The notes beneath the pieces were generated by a model, which was not told where the DNA came from, did not search any database, and worked only from the letters and a program-made list of their open reading frames with translations. A DNA stretch of 64,000 nucleotides. It comes from the human T2T-CHM13v2.0 reference genome, Homo sapiens. Each line of letters begins with the position of its first letter. Position 1 is the first letter of the stretch. Below, piece after piece: positions 38,710 through 52,537 of this stretch. The stretch lies in assembly GCF_009914755.1 (NCBI RefSeq), contig NC_060926.1. The stretch is one strand, 5' to 3'. The translations under genes were made by a program, and so were the position numbers.

Positions 38710-41090
38710 TTGGTCATTGTTTCAGCTCCTCTGGCAAAATTCTGTGGTCCAAAATGATAGCTGATATTACTTTGTCTGAACTGAAATTTTACAACAATTG
38801 CTTTGTTGTGTTTATATTTGTATTTATTTATTTAGAATTCGCTGGGTCTTTTTTATCTGAATATGTATGTTTTCCCAGTTCTGAGAAATTATCTTCTATT
38901 AATGTTTTGATAATTTCAATTCTTCTGTTTTCTTTATTCTCCTTTTTAAAAATTCCACTTATTGGTACACTTTTATTTATCTTTGATATTGTGTATATTT
39001 TTATTTTTCTTTACTTTATGTGCCACATCTGTGACTCAAATGTCTCCAGATGTTGGTAAGAATCATCACCCATCTTAGCTACATCCTTCGTCCTGTGACC
39101 CAGAGTTTCCTCCTTCCTAATTTATCACTTATCGTTTCTCCACTAACTTTTCATTTTCTAATACATTGCCAAATGTCTTTGTTTCTCTAATGAACCTTTT
39201 CTTAGCCTGTCTGTTGTAGTGTATTTATGTTCTTTTTATTCCTTTGCATTATTTTATTTAATTTGCAGGAAGGAGAAGTGGTAAACATGTGTAGCCAATC
39301 AGACTTAACTGAAAGCCAAAATTATGCTTTTGTGAATATTTTGGTTGTGTGGACTCTTCTTTTAGCATTTGAAAGTAAGTCATTCCATTGTCTTCTGGCT
39401 TTCATGACTCCAGAAGAGCAGTCTGTGGAATTCTTACCTTCATCCTTCAGGATGTAATGTCCCTTTTTTCTCTGGCTGCCATCAAGATGTTTTCTTTGTA
39501 TTTTTTTTTTCAGCATGTTGAATTTGACATGGCTAGACTTTTAAAAACTCTTTTTGTATTCTTCTTGGTATCTCTGAGCTTCTTGGACATGTGACTCGAC
39601 AACTTGGTATGGTATCATAACTCTTAAAGGCTCTGTTCTGTATGTTTTTGTGTGTGTGTTTTTCCATTATACTTCTCTTTGTTTTTCCATCTGTAATTTC
39701 TATGCAATTATTTTCTGGTTTGCTTATTATTTTCACAACCATGCCACATCTATTGATGAGTTCCTCAAAAGTATTCATCTTTGTTACTGTGTTTATAATT
39801 TCTGGCATGATAATTTGATTCTCTTTTTAGTTTCGATTGCTCTGCTGAAATTACCCATTACATATTGCACATTGTCAGACTTTCCCATTAGATTGTGAAC
39901 ACATTAATCAGAGTTACTTTAAATTATATGTCTGATAATTTAACATCTATATCATATCCGAGTCTAGTTATAATGATGGCTTTGTCTCTTAGAAGCTTGC
40001 CCAATCACCACTGGACTTTTTATATGTTATACTTCGTTTAAAGATAGACATTTTATATAGGATAGTAGAGACTGAGGTAGTAGGTTTTATGTACATGTTC
40101 ATTCTGTTAGGCCTTGGGTGAGAGAGTGAGTTGAGTTAATCTAATTGAAAGTGGAGCTGAGTACGAGTTTTATAGTTGTTGTGGTTACCTCAGGACAGCA
40201 AAAGCTTCAACATCCTCTTTTCTAGCAATATGTTGCATTCATGATGGAGGCTGGTGTGTCAGAATGCTTTTTTTTTTTTCAGTTTTTACTCTACCAACAA
40301 CTTTATTATCTTTTTTCTCTAAATGTCAGAGAGGGTCTCAGTCTTTCAGGTTACTTGTGACATGATACATACCAGCTTGGTAGTGGACTGTGGGGGAGTA
40401 TTCACTGTTATTCCAATTAAGCCTCAGTGTTAGACATCTTACACAATCATTGTCTTTGAGTTCCATAAATGTTGCCTTTTCAGTATTCCTTCTTTCCCCG
40501 AAATCTATATTCTGACCCTGGCATATGTTCTTGCTCCCTCCTCAGAGATACAAGGTTTTGTTCTTGTTTCTTTTCCAAGTTTCAATAAGTTTCCATAGGT
40601 ACTCAAAAGGGGGCAGTGTCATTGCCCTTCCCCCACAAATTAAGTCATGGTCTTATAGAGGAGATAAGGAAAAAGATCTCAGTGGAGTTTGATGCCCCTT
40701 TCTTAATAGCTATAGCTTTCTCCCTCAGTTACCGGCCATGAGAGGGACTTTCTCAGTTCTCTTCCAGTATTTTCTATGAGCATGAAGTGGGGCGTGTGAA
40801 GGAAAATCTCAAAATAAGATAGAAATTTGAGGCTCTCAAGTACCTGACCCTCTTTTCCCTCCACCAACTCATGAGTCATCACAGTTGAACTCTACAGCTC
40901 ATGTCTTATCTTTCCCTTCAGGCACTTGGCTCTGACTTTGGGCCAGTTGGTGACCCTAAAACCTGAAGAATTCAGTGTGTTTAAGAAAAAAAAGCACATG
41001 TTTTCTATTTGCCCTAATATTTTTTTTGTGTGAGATTTTATGGGATGCTCTTTCCAGCTCTCTACATTTCTAAGGAGAAGCAATGTCAAG
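38710..41090 (-). mobile_element. Old L1M 5'UTR/ORF1 fragments
   Basis: Track ORFs 39322-39516 (STDCSSGVMKARRQWNDLL) and 39533-39808 (NTVTKMNTFEELINR...ISKPENNCIEI) resemble L1 ORF1p. A 5'-end motif TTCCAGCTCTCTACAT lies near 41050. Confidence 0.75.
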
Positions 41091-43454
41091 ATTCTTCTAA
41101 TATTAGCTGCACTTATGTAAATTGCATCGCTGCATTAGATTTATCAACTGTATGTAACTACTTATGTTACATATTTTTCAAGGTACATTTATTTACCCCT
41201 TAGAATTCATTCAGGTATATAGAAACTATCATTTTCAGTTCAGTGATTAGAAAAAGTGGCAAAGAAATATATTCAATAAAACAAATCAATTTAAGAACAA
41301 TGCTAGAACTTTAATATCCGTTCTCTTCCTGTCTGATATGCCTTTATTGTCACTGAAACAATTTAATTTTCCTTTTCATAAAGTGGGGGGACCTTAATAG
41401 TTCTTTAGTCACCTGCAGAATGCCCACCACTGTTTGCTGCCCAATTCAGGCCTTTGGTATTTTCAGCACTTCAAACAAATTTTATTATGGAATAGTTATT
41501 TCAAAACAGGTTAAAATTTAACCAGAAGAAACCCTGTTTTCCTGGAAAGCTTAAAAGTATTACTACATTTTTCTGGATGGACAGTCTAGATAATTTAATG
41601 CAAATACCTATGACAAATGGCAGGTCTCATTCACCTTCCATTTTGAGGCAGCAACCTAGTTGCAAAAAAGATATAAAGAACCTTAAAGTGTTAAGCAATA
41701 AAATATTACTTAAATCTGTAAGTTGTGCTATGCCTTTTCCTTTATCATTTAAATTTCTCTAACTTTATTTTCTTTGTTTGATAGGCTTACTGATGTCATA
41801 AATATACTTTATAATTATAAAATATATGTTACACAAGTAGTGATTTTGTAAATATTTAGTGGTTTAGCTTAACTGAACATTAATTGAATTTTGTAGGGGC
41901 AGATTCCATTTTTCAGAAGCTTCTGATTTCTCCCTCAAGTAGGTATTAGAAAAAAATATATCTTTGAATGGTTTGCTCTTTGCATTTTGTAGTTGCTTTT
42001 GTGCCTTTTTGTGTTTAAATTTCTCAAGTTATGGGTTCCTCATGAGAGCTGACACAACATAGTAAAAGATCTAGATGGATTGGTAGTAAATTCGTGGGTA
42101 GTTTTCTTTTTAATAAAGTCTTTGTAAGGTTTGTAAATGCCTCAGGCAACTTATTCTTCTTCTTCACCCTTGTCATAAGGGCAGGTTATGAACAAAAAAG
42201 AACAAATATTTCTTACAAGAGTAGTTTATGTGTGAACAAAGCAGTGCATTTCAAGTAGCCTTTTGTTGAAAAAAAACACTTAAACTTTTTTTCTGCTTCT
42301 AGTTACTGTATATTAAAGAAAATAAAAAACCAAGACCCATAGTATACCCTTATGGGTTTATACACTTCCGAATGTTATGAAACATAGAGAAATTTAGCCA
42401 CAGAATCTGAAGCAAAGTTCGCCAATGATGTCCTGGGATTTGATCATTTTCTAATATTTTATATGGTCTGAGCAAGCAGTGTACCAGTTAAAAAATAAAA
42501 GTGTGTGCTAATATTGGCATTATGGCATCTCTTCCGAAAGCATCACTCTACAGTGCCAATGATGCCTTAATATTTCCTATCTTTGAAAGAAGTTATGTGA
42601 TTTCTCTTTTAAAGCTACAGCCACTTTGGCAAATTACTTGCTCCTCCTGCTCCAAATACTAACCTATAGCAACAGATGTTTCACTGGTAAATATAAAGAC
42701 ATAGCCATTGTATGCTGTTTTAATTATTTTAACGTCTGAAATTTTGAACTTTAAGGTATTTGTTTAAGAAGCCTTCTCTAAATTCTAACCCATCCTAGTC
42801 TGCAGCTATTCATTGACATAACAAGCTAATTATGTAAATTAAAAATAAAAATAAAATTTTAAAAAAATTCACTCATTTCCAATGGTCATAATAGGCCACA
42901 GGCCTCTGTAATTTGGTTTCAGGAATACAGAGCATCTTCCACTCAAAGGAAAGGATCAAAAAGTGTCTGGAATCCTACCATTCTATTTAATTAAACTCTT
43001 CCCATTTTGTTTCGATCTGTTTAAAAATACAAACATCCCAGAAGAAGAGGTCAAAAGCACAGGCTGGTATAATTACTCCAGTCTTTCCTATGAAATAAGA
43101 AATATGCAAAAAGGAAGATAATCTCATGTAGCATCCTGGAACAAGTGACATCAGCAAGATGGTGGATAAGAGTTTTCTGTCATGATCTCCAAAGTGCGCT
43201 GATTTTGACAATGACCCATGGACCAGAATACATTTGTAGGAATATGCAGGTTTAGCAAAGAAGATTCAGCACACCACTGAAGCAAAAATTCCACCAGCAA
43301 ACACGCAAAAGAGGATAAAAATAATAGCTTTACTTTGCCCATTTTGCCACTCCTGCAAGTCTACACAGCTGAGTGCCAAGAGAGACCCCTTGGCCCATGA
43401 TTTTTCTTACAGGAAAAAATGAGAGCATAATGAACTGGTGCTCAGGTCCCCCAG

Positions 43455-45826
43455 TGTATTAGCCTGTTTTCACACTGCTATAAAGAACTTCCCAAGACTG
43501 GGTAATTTATAAAAGAAAGAGGTTTAATTGATTCACAGTTCTGCACGGCTGGCAAGCCCTCAGAAAGCTTACAATCATGGCAGAAGGTGAAGGGAAAGCA
43601 AGGCACCTTCTTCACAAGGAGGCAGGAAGCAGAATAATTGCAGGAGGAACTACCAAACACTTATAAAAGCATCAGATCTCAAGGGAACTCACCCACTGTC
43701 ATGAGAACAGTGTGAGGGAAACCACCACCGTGATTCAATTACCTCCACCTGGTCTCCCTTTTGACACGTGGGAATTAGAAAAACTACAATCCAAGATAAA
43801 ACTTTGGGTGGTGACAGAGCCACACCATGTTATTCTGCCCCGGCTCATCCCAAATCTCATGTCCTCACATTTCAAAATACAATCATGCCTTTCCAACAGT
43901 TACCCCAAAGTCTTAACTTATTGCAGCATTAACTCAAAGGTCCACAGTCCAATGTCTCATTGGAGACAAGGGAAGTCTCTTCCACCTAGGAGCCTGTAAA
44001 ATCAAAACAAGTTAGTTACTTCCAAGGTACAATGAGGGTGAAGGCATTGGGCAAATGTTCCCATTCCAAGTGGGAACAATTAACCAAAACAAAGGCTACA
44101 GGTCTCACACAATTCAAAATCTGGCTGGGCAGTCATTAAATCTTAAAGTTCCAAAATGATCTCCTTTGACTCTATGTCTCACATCCAGGTCATGCTGATA
44201 CAAGAGGTGGGTTCCCACAGCCTTAGGAAGCTCCACTGATGTGGCTTTGCAAGGTCTGGTCCCACTCCCAGTTGCTTTCATGGACTGGCATTGATTGTCT
44301 GCAGCTTTTCCAGGAAAACTGTGCAAGTTGTTGGTGGATCTACCTTTCTGGGGTCTGGAGGATGGTGGCCTTCTTTTGACAACTCCACTAGGAAGTGCCC
44401 CAGTGGGGACTTGTATGTGTCTCCAACCCCACATTTCCTTTACACACTGCCCTAGCAGAGGTTCTCCATGAAGGCTCTACCCTTGCAGCAAACTTATGCC
44501 TGAACATCCAGGCATTTCCACACATCCTCTGAAATCCAGGTGGAGGTTCCCAGACCTCAGTTCTTCACTTCTGTGTACCCACAAGCCCAAAACCATGTGT
44601 AAGCCACCAAGGCTTGAGGCTTTAACCCTCTGAATCAAAGGCTTCAGCTGCATGTTGGCCTCTTTTAGCTGTAGCTGGGACACAGAGCACCAAGTCCCAA
44701 GACTGTGAAGCAGCAAGGCCCTGGGCCCAGCCCATGAAACCATGTCTCTCTTCTAGGCCTCTGGGCCTGTGATGGGAGGAGCTGCTGGTGGTAAGACCTC
44801 TGGCATGCCTTGGAGACATTTTCCCCCATAGTCGTGGTAATTAACATTTGGCTGCTCAATACTTATGTAAATTTCTGCAGCAGGCTTTAATTTCTCCCCA
44901 GAAAATGGGTTTTTCTTTTCAATCACATCATCAGGCTGCAAATTTTCCAAACTTTTATGCCATGCTTCCCTTTTAAACATAAGTTCCAATTTCAAGCCAT
45001 CTCTTTGTGAATGCATAAAACCAAACATTTTTAAGAGCACCCAGGTCACATGTTGAGCACTTTGCTATTTAGAAATTTCTTCTACCAGATACCCTAAATC
45101 ATCTCTCTCAAGTTGAATGTTCCACAGATCTCTAAGACAGGGCCAAAATGCTGCCAGTCTCTTTGCTAAAGCATAGCAAGAGTCACCTTTGCTCCAGTTC
45201 CCAAGAAGTTCCTCACCTCCATCTGAGACCATCTCAGTGTGGACTTCGTTGTCCATATCACTATCAGCATTTTGGTCAAAACCATTCAACAAGTCTCTAG
45301 GAAGTTCCAAACTTTCCCATATATTTGTATCTTCTTCTGATCTCTCCAAACTGTTCCAACCTCTGCCCATTATCCAGTTCTAAAGTCACTTCCACATTTT
45401 CAGGTATCTTTATAGCAATGACCCACTCCCAGTACCAATTTACTATATTAGTTCATTTTCACACTGGTATAAAGAACTGCCCAAGACCGGAAAATTTATA
45501 AAGGAAAGAAGTTTAATTGAATCACCATTCTCCATGGCTGGGGAGGCTTCAGGAAATTTACAATCATGGTGGAAGGCAAAAGGTAAGCAAGGAACCATCT
45601 TCACAAGGTGACAGGAAGGAGAATGAGCACGGGAGGAACCACCAATCACTTATAAAACCATCAGATTTTGTGAGAACTCATTGTTATGAGAACAGTATAG
45701 GGGAAACCAACTCCATGATTCAATTGCCTCCACCTGGTCTCTCCCTTGACATATGGGGATTATGAAGATTATGGGGATTACAATTCAAGATGAGATTTTG
45801 GGGTGGGAGACAGCCAAACCATATCA
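43455..45826 (-). mobile_element. Complete THE1D-like MaLR: LTR 43455-43832, internal 43833-45443, LTR 45444-45826
   Basis: Two homologous LTRs of about 380 bp. Internal ORF remnant GRGWNSLE...WESLELPRDLLNGFDQNADSD. 5-bp TSD CCCAG/CCCAT. Confidence 0.95.
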
Positions 45827-48800
45827 CCCATCTATGTGGGAAGCTGCCTAAGAGGCTCACTTCTTTCTTTTACCACCAAGAATATTGTGGGTATTAACAC
45901 AGCTAAATGTCTAGGAGAGGCTGAGAGCAGGGAAGAGAGTCAGATTTTTATAGCAGCCAAAATTTGAAACTCAATAGAGGACTACATATACTGCTAACCT
46001 CTTCTTAGACTTCATCAGAGGTCCAACCATGAGTCACATGGGACTCCTTGTCTGTGGGCTCCAGCCAACTGGCCTGTGGGTTCCCCCAGCATTCCAAGGG
46101 CCTTATCCACAACCCTCTACCATCCCATGGCTGGCTCTCCACATCCACATGTGCACCCTAGATGGTGAGTACAAGCCTTTGTAGACAGATAGTGAGCCTG
46201 TGCAGACAATTAGCTAGATTCAGTGGGATTGGGAAAAGGCATACAAACTTTATCATTTCAGGTCACCACCCGAGGCAAAATGAACAGAAGACTGTCAGCA
46301 CACAGCCTTGTTTTGGGATATTGAGAGAAGGCATATAATTTTAAGAATCCCACCCAAGAGGGAACAAAAAAGGTAGAGTGGACAAATATATAGAAAGCAC
46401 TGAGAGAGTCTCAGATTCTTTAGCCATGTTGAGTGGTAAAGGTGTTTCTTTTCTGAGCCAATCAGTAAAGACTGGAAGAGGTGAGTGTTTCTTTAAATGT
46501 GAAGGCAGCAATGCAAAATGTCAAGAAACATTTAAAAAGAAAAGGAAACATGTTACCATCAAACAAACAAACAAACAAACAAAACAAACACACAAATTTC
46601 CAGAAACTAATCCCAAAGAAATGGAGATCTGGGAACTGCCTGACAGAGAATACAAAATAATTGTTTTAAGAAAGATCAATGAGCTAAAAGAGAATACAGA
46701 CAGACAACTCAATGAAATGAAGAAAAAAAATCACATGAACAAAATTAGAATTTCAACAAAGAGATAGAAATTATTTCTTAAAATAGCAGGAAAGTTTGGA
46801 GCTAAAGAATACAATGAATGCAATATAAATGCAATAGAGAGCTCCAACAGCTGACTTGACAAGCAGGATAAAATAATCTGCAAACTCAAACACAGGTCAT
46901 TTGAAATCATCCAGTCAGGGGAGAAAAAAAAAGGAAAAATAAAATCTTATGGGATTTATGGGAACCATCAAGGAATACGATATGTACATTATGGGAGTTC
47001 CACAAGCAGAAGGGAGACAGATAAAATAAGTTTATTTAAAAAATGGCTACAATGTTTCCCTGTCTTGGGAAAGATATTGTCATCCAGGAGCACAAGGTTC
47101 AAAGGTTTCTAAATAAGATCAACCAAAAGAGGACTTTACTAAGATGCCTTATAATCAAATTGTCAAAAATTAAAGACAAAGAAAATTTTTGAAAGCAGAA
47201 AGAGACATGTCACATATAAAGGACCCACCCCCTCCAAATTCAACAACAATGATTTCTCAGTAGAAAATTTGCAGGCCATGAGGGAGCAGAATAATATATT
47301 CAAAACACTGAAAAAGAAAGATGCCAACAAATAATATGTTACCCAGAGAAACTATCCTTCAGAAATGGAGGGAGAAAGATACTTTCCAGAAAAACAGTAG
47401 CTAAAAGAGTTTATTGCCGCTAGACTTGACTTATAAAAAATGCTAAAGAGAGGTCTTCAAGCTGAAATAAAAGAATGTTAATTAGCCACATGAACACATA
47501 TGAAAGTACAAAATGCACTTGTCAAGTATATAGTCAACTTCAGAACATTTTAATACTGTAATGGTGGTATATAATATATTTTTAACTCTAGTATAAAAGT
47601 TAAAAGATAAAAGTATTAAAAATAACTATAGCTACAATGATTTATCAAATTATATACAATATAAAAAGAAGTAAACTATGACAAAGTAAATATAAAATAT
47701 TGGGAGAGGAAGTAAAAGTTTAGAGCTTTCATATGTGATCAAAATTAAGTTATTGTCATCCTGGAATAGGCTGCTATAGCAATAAGATGTTTTACGTCAG
47801 GTTCACGGTAAGAATAAAGCAACAAGCTATAACAGCTACACAAAAGATAAGGTATACTACCATAGTAGATCATCAAATCACAAAGAAAGACAGCCAGAGA
47901 GAAAGGGTCAAAAGAAATAGAAAGTAGCCAAAAAACAATTAACAACATGTCGATAGTAAGTCCTTACCTATCAAATGTAAATGGAAATAAACTAAACTTT
48001 CCAATAAAAAATAGGGTGGCTAAAGGATATAAAAAATAAGACAACAATATGCTGACTACAAGAAATTCACTTTCACTTTAAGGACACATAAACTAAAAAT
48101 TAAGGGAAGGAAATAAGTAATCCATGCAAGTAGAAACAAAAAGGGAACAGGGATAGCTTCACTTATATCAGAAAAATGGATTTTAAGCAAAAAGCTGTCA
48201 ATGAGACAAAGAGAGTCACTAGACAGTGACTAAACTAGACAGTGATAAATGGGTCAGTGCATCAGGAGGATATAACTATATGTATATATATGTATACAGA
48301 TGTAAAGGGAGAAATAGACAGCAATACAGTAATAGTAGGGGAATTCAATATGACACTGGCAACAATGGATCATCCAGAAAAAATTAATAAGAAAATATTG
48401 GACATTAACCACACTTTGAACCAAATGGACTTAACTGATATATACAGAACATTACCTCTATTGCAGTGAAATACACATTCTTCTCAAGCACACACAAAAC
48501 ATTACCCAGGATGCAACATATATTAGACCACAGAACAAGTCTTATCAACTTTAAGAAGACTGAAGTCATAACAAGTATCTTTTCAAACCACAATGGCATA
48601 AAACTAGATGTCAATAACAGGAAGAAATCTGGACAATTCAAAAACATGTTGAAATTATGCAATATACTTCTGAACAGCCAATAGATCAAAAAATAAATCA
48701 AAAGGAGAATAAAAAAAAATCTTGGGGAAAATGAAAATGGAAATAGAATATAATAAAACTTACGTGATGCAGCAAAGCAATTCTAAGCAGGAAGTTTATA

Positions 48801-48974
48801 GCAATAAATACCTATGTGAAGAAAAAAGAAAAGATCTCAAATTTTAAAACAACTTTAAACCTCAAGGAGCTAGAAAAAGAAGAATAAACTAAACACAAAT
48901 TTAGGAGAAGGAAAGAAATAACAAAGATTAGAGCAGAGATAATAAAATAGAAACTAGGGAAAAAAATTAAATCT

Positions 48975-49183
48975 CCAACATGGTGAAACCACAATTCTAG
49001 CAAAAAATACAAAATTAGCCGGGCCCAGTGGCACACACCTGTAGTCCCAGCTACTCAGGAGGCTGAGGCAGGAGAATTGCTTAAGCCTGGGAGGGGGAAG
49101 TAGAAGTGAGCAGAGATTGTGCCACTGAACTCCAGCCTGGGGGACAAAGCAAGACTCCATCTCAAACAAACAAACAAATAACA
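48975..49183 (+). mobile_element. 5'-truncated AluS inside L1 ORF2
   Basis: Begins at CCAACATGGTGAAACC, has a complete right arm and a (CAAA)n tail. Confidence 0.93.
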
Positions 49184-51560
49184 ATTAAAAAATCCACAAT
49201 ATTAAGATTTGTTTGGTTGAAAAGATAAAATTAACATTTTAGCTAGACTAATAAAGAAAAAAATGCAAATAAGCAAACTCCTAAATAAGAGAGAGACATT
49301 ACAACTGATACCATAGAAATAAAGAAATATAAAAGACTATTAACAACTATGCACAAGCAAATTGAATAACCTAGAATAAATGGATAAATTCTTAGGAATA
49401 AATTATCTGGTGAAGTAAAAGATTTGTATACTAAAAACTAAAAAACATTGATGAAAGAAATTGAAGAAGACACAAACAAATGGAAAGATAGCCTGTGTTA
49501 ATGATTGAAATAATTAATGTTGTTCAAATGTCCACCTTACCTGAAGTGATCTGCAAATTCAAAGCATGGCATTTTTTTACTTAAATAAGAAAAAATAATC
49601 CTAAAATTTGTAGAGAACCACAAAAGACCCCAAATAGCTAAAACAATCTGGAACAAAATAATTAAAGCCAGAGGCATCATATTTCCTTATTTTAAATTAT
49701 CCTAATATGCTATAGTAATCAAAACAGTATAGTATTGGCATATAGATAAACATATAGACCAATGAAACAGAATAGAGTGTAGAAATAAACCCATACATAT
49801 AGTCAACTAAACTTTGACAAAAGCAGCAATGATACACCATGGGGAAAGGATGATCTCTTTATTAAATGGTGTTGGGAAAACATGCGAAATAATACATTTT
49901 GACCCTTATCTTGCACCATACGCAATAATCAACTCAAAACTAATTAAAGGCTTAAATGTAAGACCTTAAACCATAAAACTCCTGTAAGAAAACATAGGGG
50001 AAAAGCTCCTTCACATTGCTTTGGCAATAATTTTGTGGATAAGACACCAAAAACCCAGACAACAAAAGCACAGACAAGCAAGTGGGACATCAAATTTGAA
50101 TGCTTCTGCACAGCAAAGGAAACAATCAACAAAATGAAAAGGCAACCTATGGAATGGGAGAAAATATTTGTGAACATATGTCATATGAGTGATTAATATT
50201 CAAAATATATAAGGAACTCATACAACTCAATAGCAAAAAACAAACAAGAACAAAAACAACACACGCAAAAACAAATAATCCAACTTAAAAATGGGCAAAA
50301 GACCTGATTGGACATTTTCCCAAAGAATACATATGAAGAGGTATATGAAAAGCTACTCAACATCACTAATCATCAAAGCTACAAGAAGATATCACCTCAC
50401 ACCTTGAGGAAAGCCTACTATAAAAAAGGCAAATGATAACAAGTGTTGAAAAGGAGATGGAGAAAAGAGAATTCTTACATGTTATTGGTGGGAATGTAAA
50501 ATGGTGCAGCCATTACGGAAAACAGTTTGGAAGTTTCTTAAGCAATAAAAAATACAACACCATATGATCCAGCAATCCCACTTTAGGGTATATATTCCAA
50601 AGAAATGAAATCAGTTATGTCAAAAAGATATCTGCAGTTCCATGTTCATTGCAGCATTATTCACAATAGTTAAGATATGGAAACAATCTCAGTGCCCACT
50701 GATGGATGAATGGATAAGGAAAATGTGGTATATAGGTATAGATATGCATACAGACATATGCACACTATATGTATGTGTGTGTGCATGTGCATATACATAT
50801 ACCCATACACACAGTGGAACATTATTCAGACTTAAAGAAAGGAATCCTGCCATTTGCAACACCATGGATGAAGGACATTATTTTAAGTTAAGTAAGTCAG
50901 GCAGAGAAAGACAAATACCGCATGATATTAAAAAGTTAAACTCATGCAAACATAGCAAAATAACGGATACCAGAAGCCTGGTTATAGTGGTGTTAGGGAG
51001 ATACTGGCCAAAGTTTGCAAACATAAGTTTATAAGATGCACTTTGGGAGGTCTAATGTACAGCATGGTAACTATAGTTAATAATACTGTATTGTATACTT
51101 GAATTTGCTAAGGCAATAAGTCATAATATTCTCACAAAAAAGGGGGGCATGACTATGTGAAGTGATGGGTATGTTAATTAGGTAATTATTTCACAATGTC
51201 TATGTGTGCCACATCATCCAGCTGTACATCTGAAACATGTACAATTGAGAGTTGTCAATCTTACTCAATAAAGCTGGAAAAAATAAATATAAAAATCAGG
51301 CATTTCTCTTAGTTTTCTGAGTGTTCAGGTCTTACTTGTGAATCTTAAGACCGATATTTTACTGAAAAATGAAGAGTCATATATAGAAGTAGGTAAATGC
51401 AATCATACAAAATGTATTTCACAACCATGGTCTCTCCATGTCAATCCATGATGGTTGACTAACTCAAGTTCAGAAGTAATTTCCCTGGAAGGAGCAAATG
51501 GCTACTAGGGCAAGCCAAGATTTAGTATGTTTGTTGTTTGCTTAATGTTTTCCATTCAAC

Positions 51561-51880
51561 CAGAGGTAGCAAACTCCCATGTTTATAGAGGTCAGGCAGC
51601 TCACATCAACCAGTGAGGCTGGCTGAGGGGGCTATGACTGACTGGAGGTGACTGCTCTGCCTAATGGGTCAGCTGTGCTTCATCTCCAACTGACTTGTCC
51701 ATGCTGAAACGTGGCCTCAGTTATGTCTAATTTTCCTGTTTTTCAACAAAAGCCAGAAATCTAGATTTTAAAAAATCCGATATTTCATGTATCAATTTTT
51801 ATTATTACTACGATTTGTGGTCAGAAAATTGACAACATCAAGGCCAGACTTACCCTTCGCGATCAGTCTGTAAACATTGC
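51561..51880. mobile_element. MER102-like hAT element
   Basis: CAGAGGTAGCAAACTCCCATGTTTATAGAGGTCAGGCAG...AAGCCAGAAATCTAGATTTT. Confidence 0.75.
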
Positions 51881-52537
51881 ACAAGTCTATGCACGCAGTG
51901 AAAATGGAACTTCATCTGCAGTTCACTGTGGGTCCACAGTGAAAACCGACTGATGCATGATAGACCCTCCATTGTTACTGAAAGAATGAAAAGTTTTAGT
52001 AACTTATTAAATATATTCTGTTTCTCCTAATCTTATGCTTAGCATGAATTCAAAAGTGAGACTCAAAACAGTGGGAAAAACAACGATGAACGGATGAATT
52101 CAATAAAGTCATGGGCTTCAGAAAGTTAATACCAGAGCTGTTTGATTATATGAAGTTTTTTAAAAGTAGCCCAAGGTTTAAAAAGTTGTCCTGTAGTCCA
52201 ATTTTATTTGGCTGTCACAATATTTTAAAACACGCAGGCATAAATATAAAATATATAAATAAGAAAGTATCATATAAATTCCTAGATATCAGAATTTTCT
52301 TCAAAATAGACAGATCTGAAATAATTGGGTCTATATTTACACATTGCAAGGCTTTCTGTATCTGGGAAGTGACTTCTTCCTGGGACACATGCTTTTCAAT
52401 TAGGACAGTACCCACTAATACTTATTGTTCCATCACACCAAGTGTCACTTGCCAGTTTTTGTGGCATTCATGTTGTTCATTTTTAATAGTAAAGATATTT
52501 TTTTCTGAGTCTCTGTCTCTACCAAAATTGAGAAAAA

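Larger units (their letters stand above)
43143..51295 (+). mobile_element. Near-full-length old L1 (L1MA7-9-like), decayed, interrupted by THE1D and an Alu, RT core deleted
   Basis: 5' AGTGACATCAGCAAGATGG. ORF1 remnant EMEIWELPDREYKIIVLRKINEL. Endonuclease remnants GSVHQEDITI, IVGEFN and YTFFSSTH. C-terminus MFIAALFTI...DEWIRKMWYI. 3' end CTCAATAAAGCTGGAAAAAA. Confidence 0.92.

Noticed and set aside
41090-43143. Divergent 5' ends of two old L1s flanking 2 kb of unique DNA as a bidirectional promoter
   Set aside because: Both 5'UTRs are heavily decayed and CpG-free, with no promoter signature in between.
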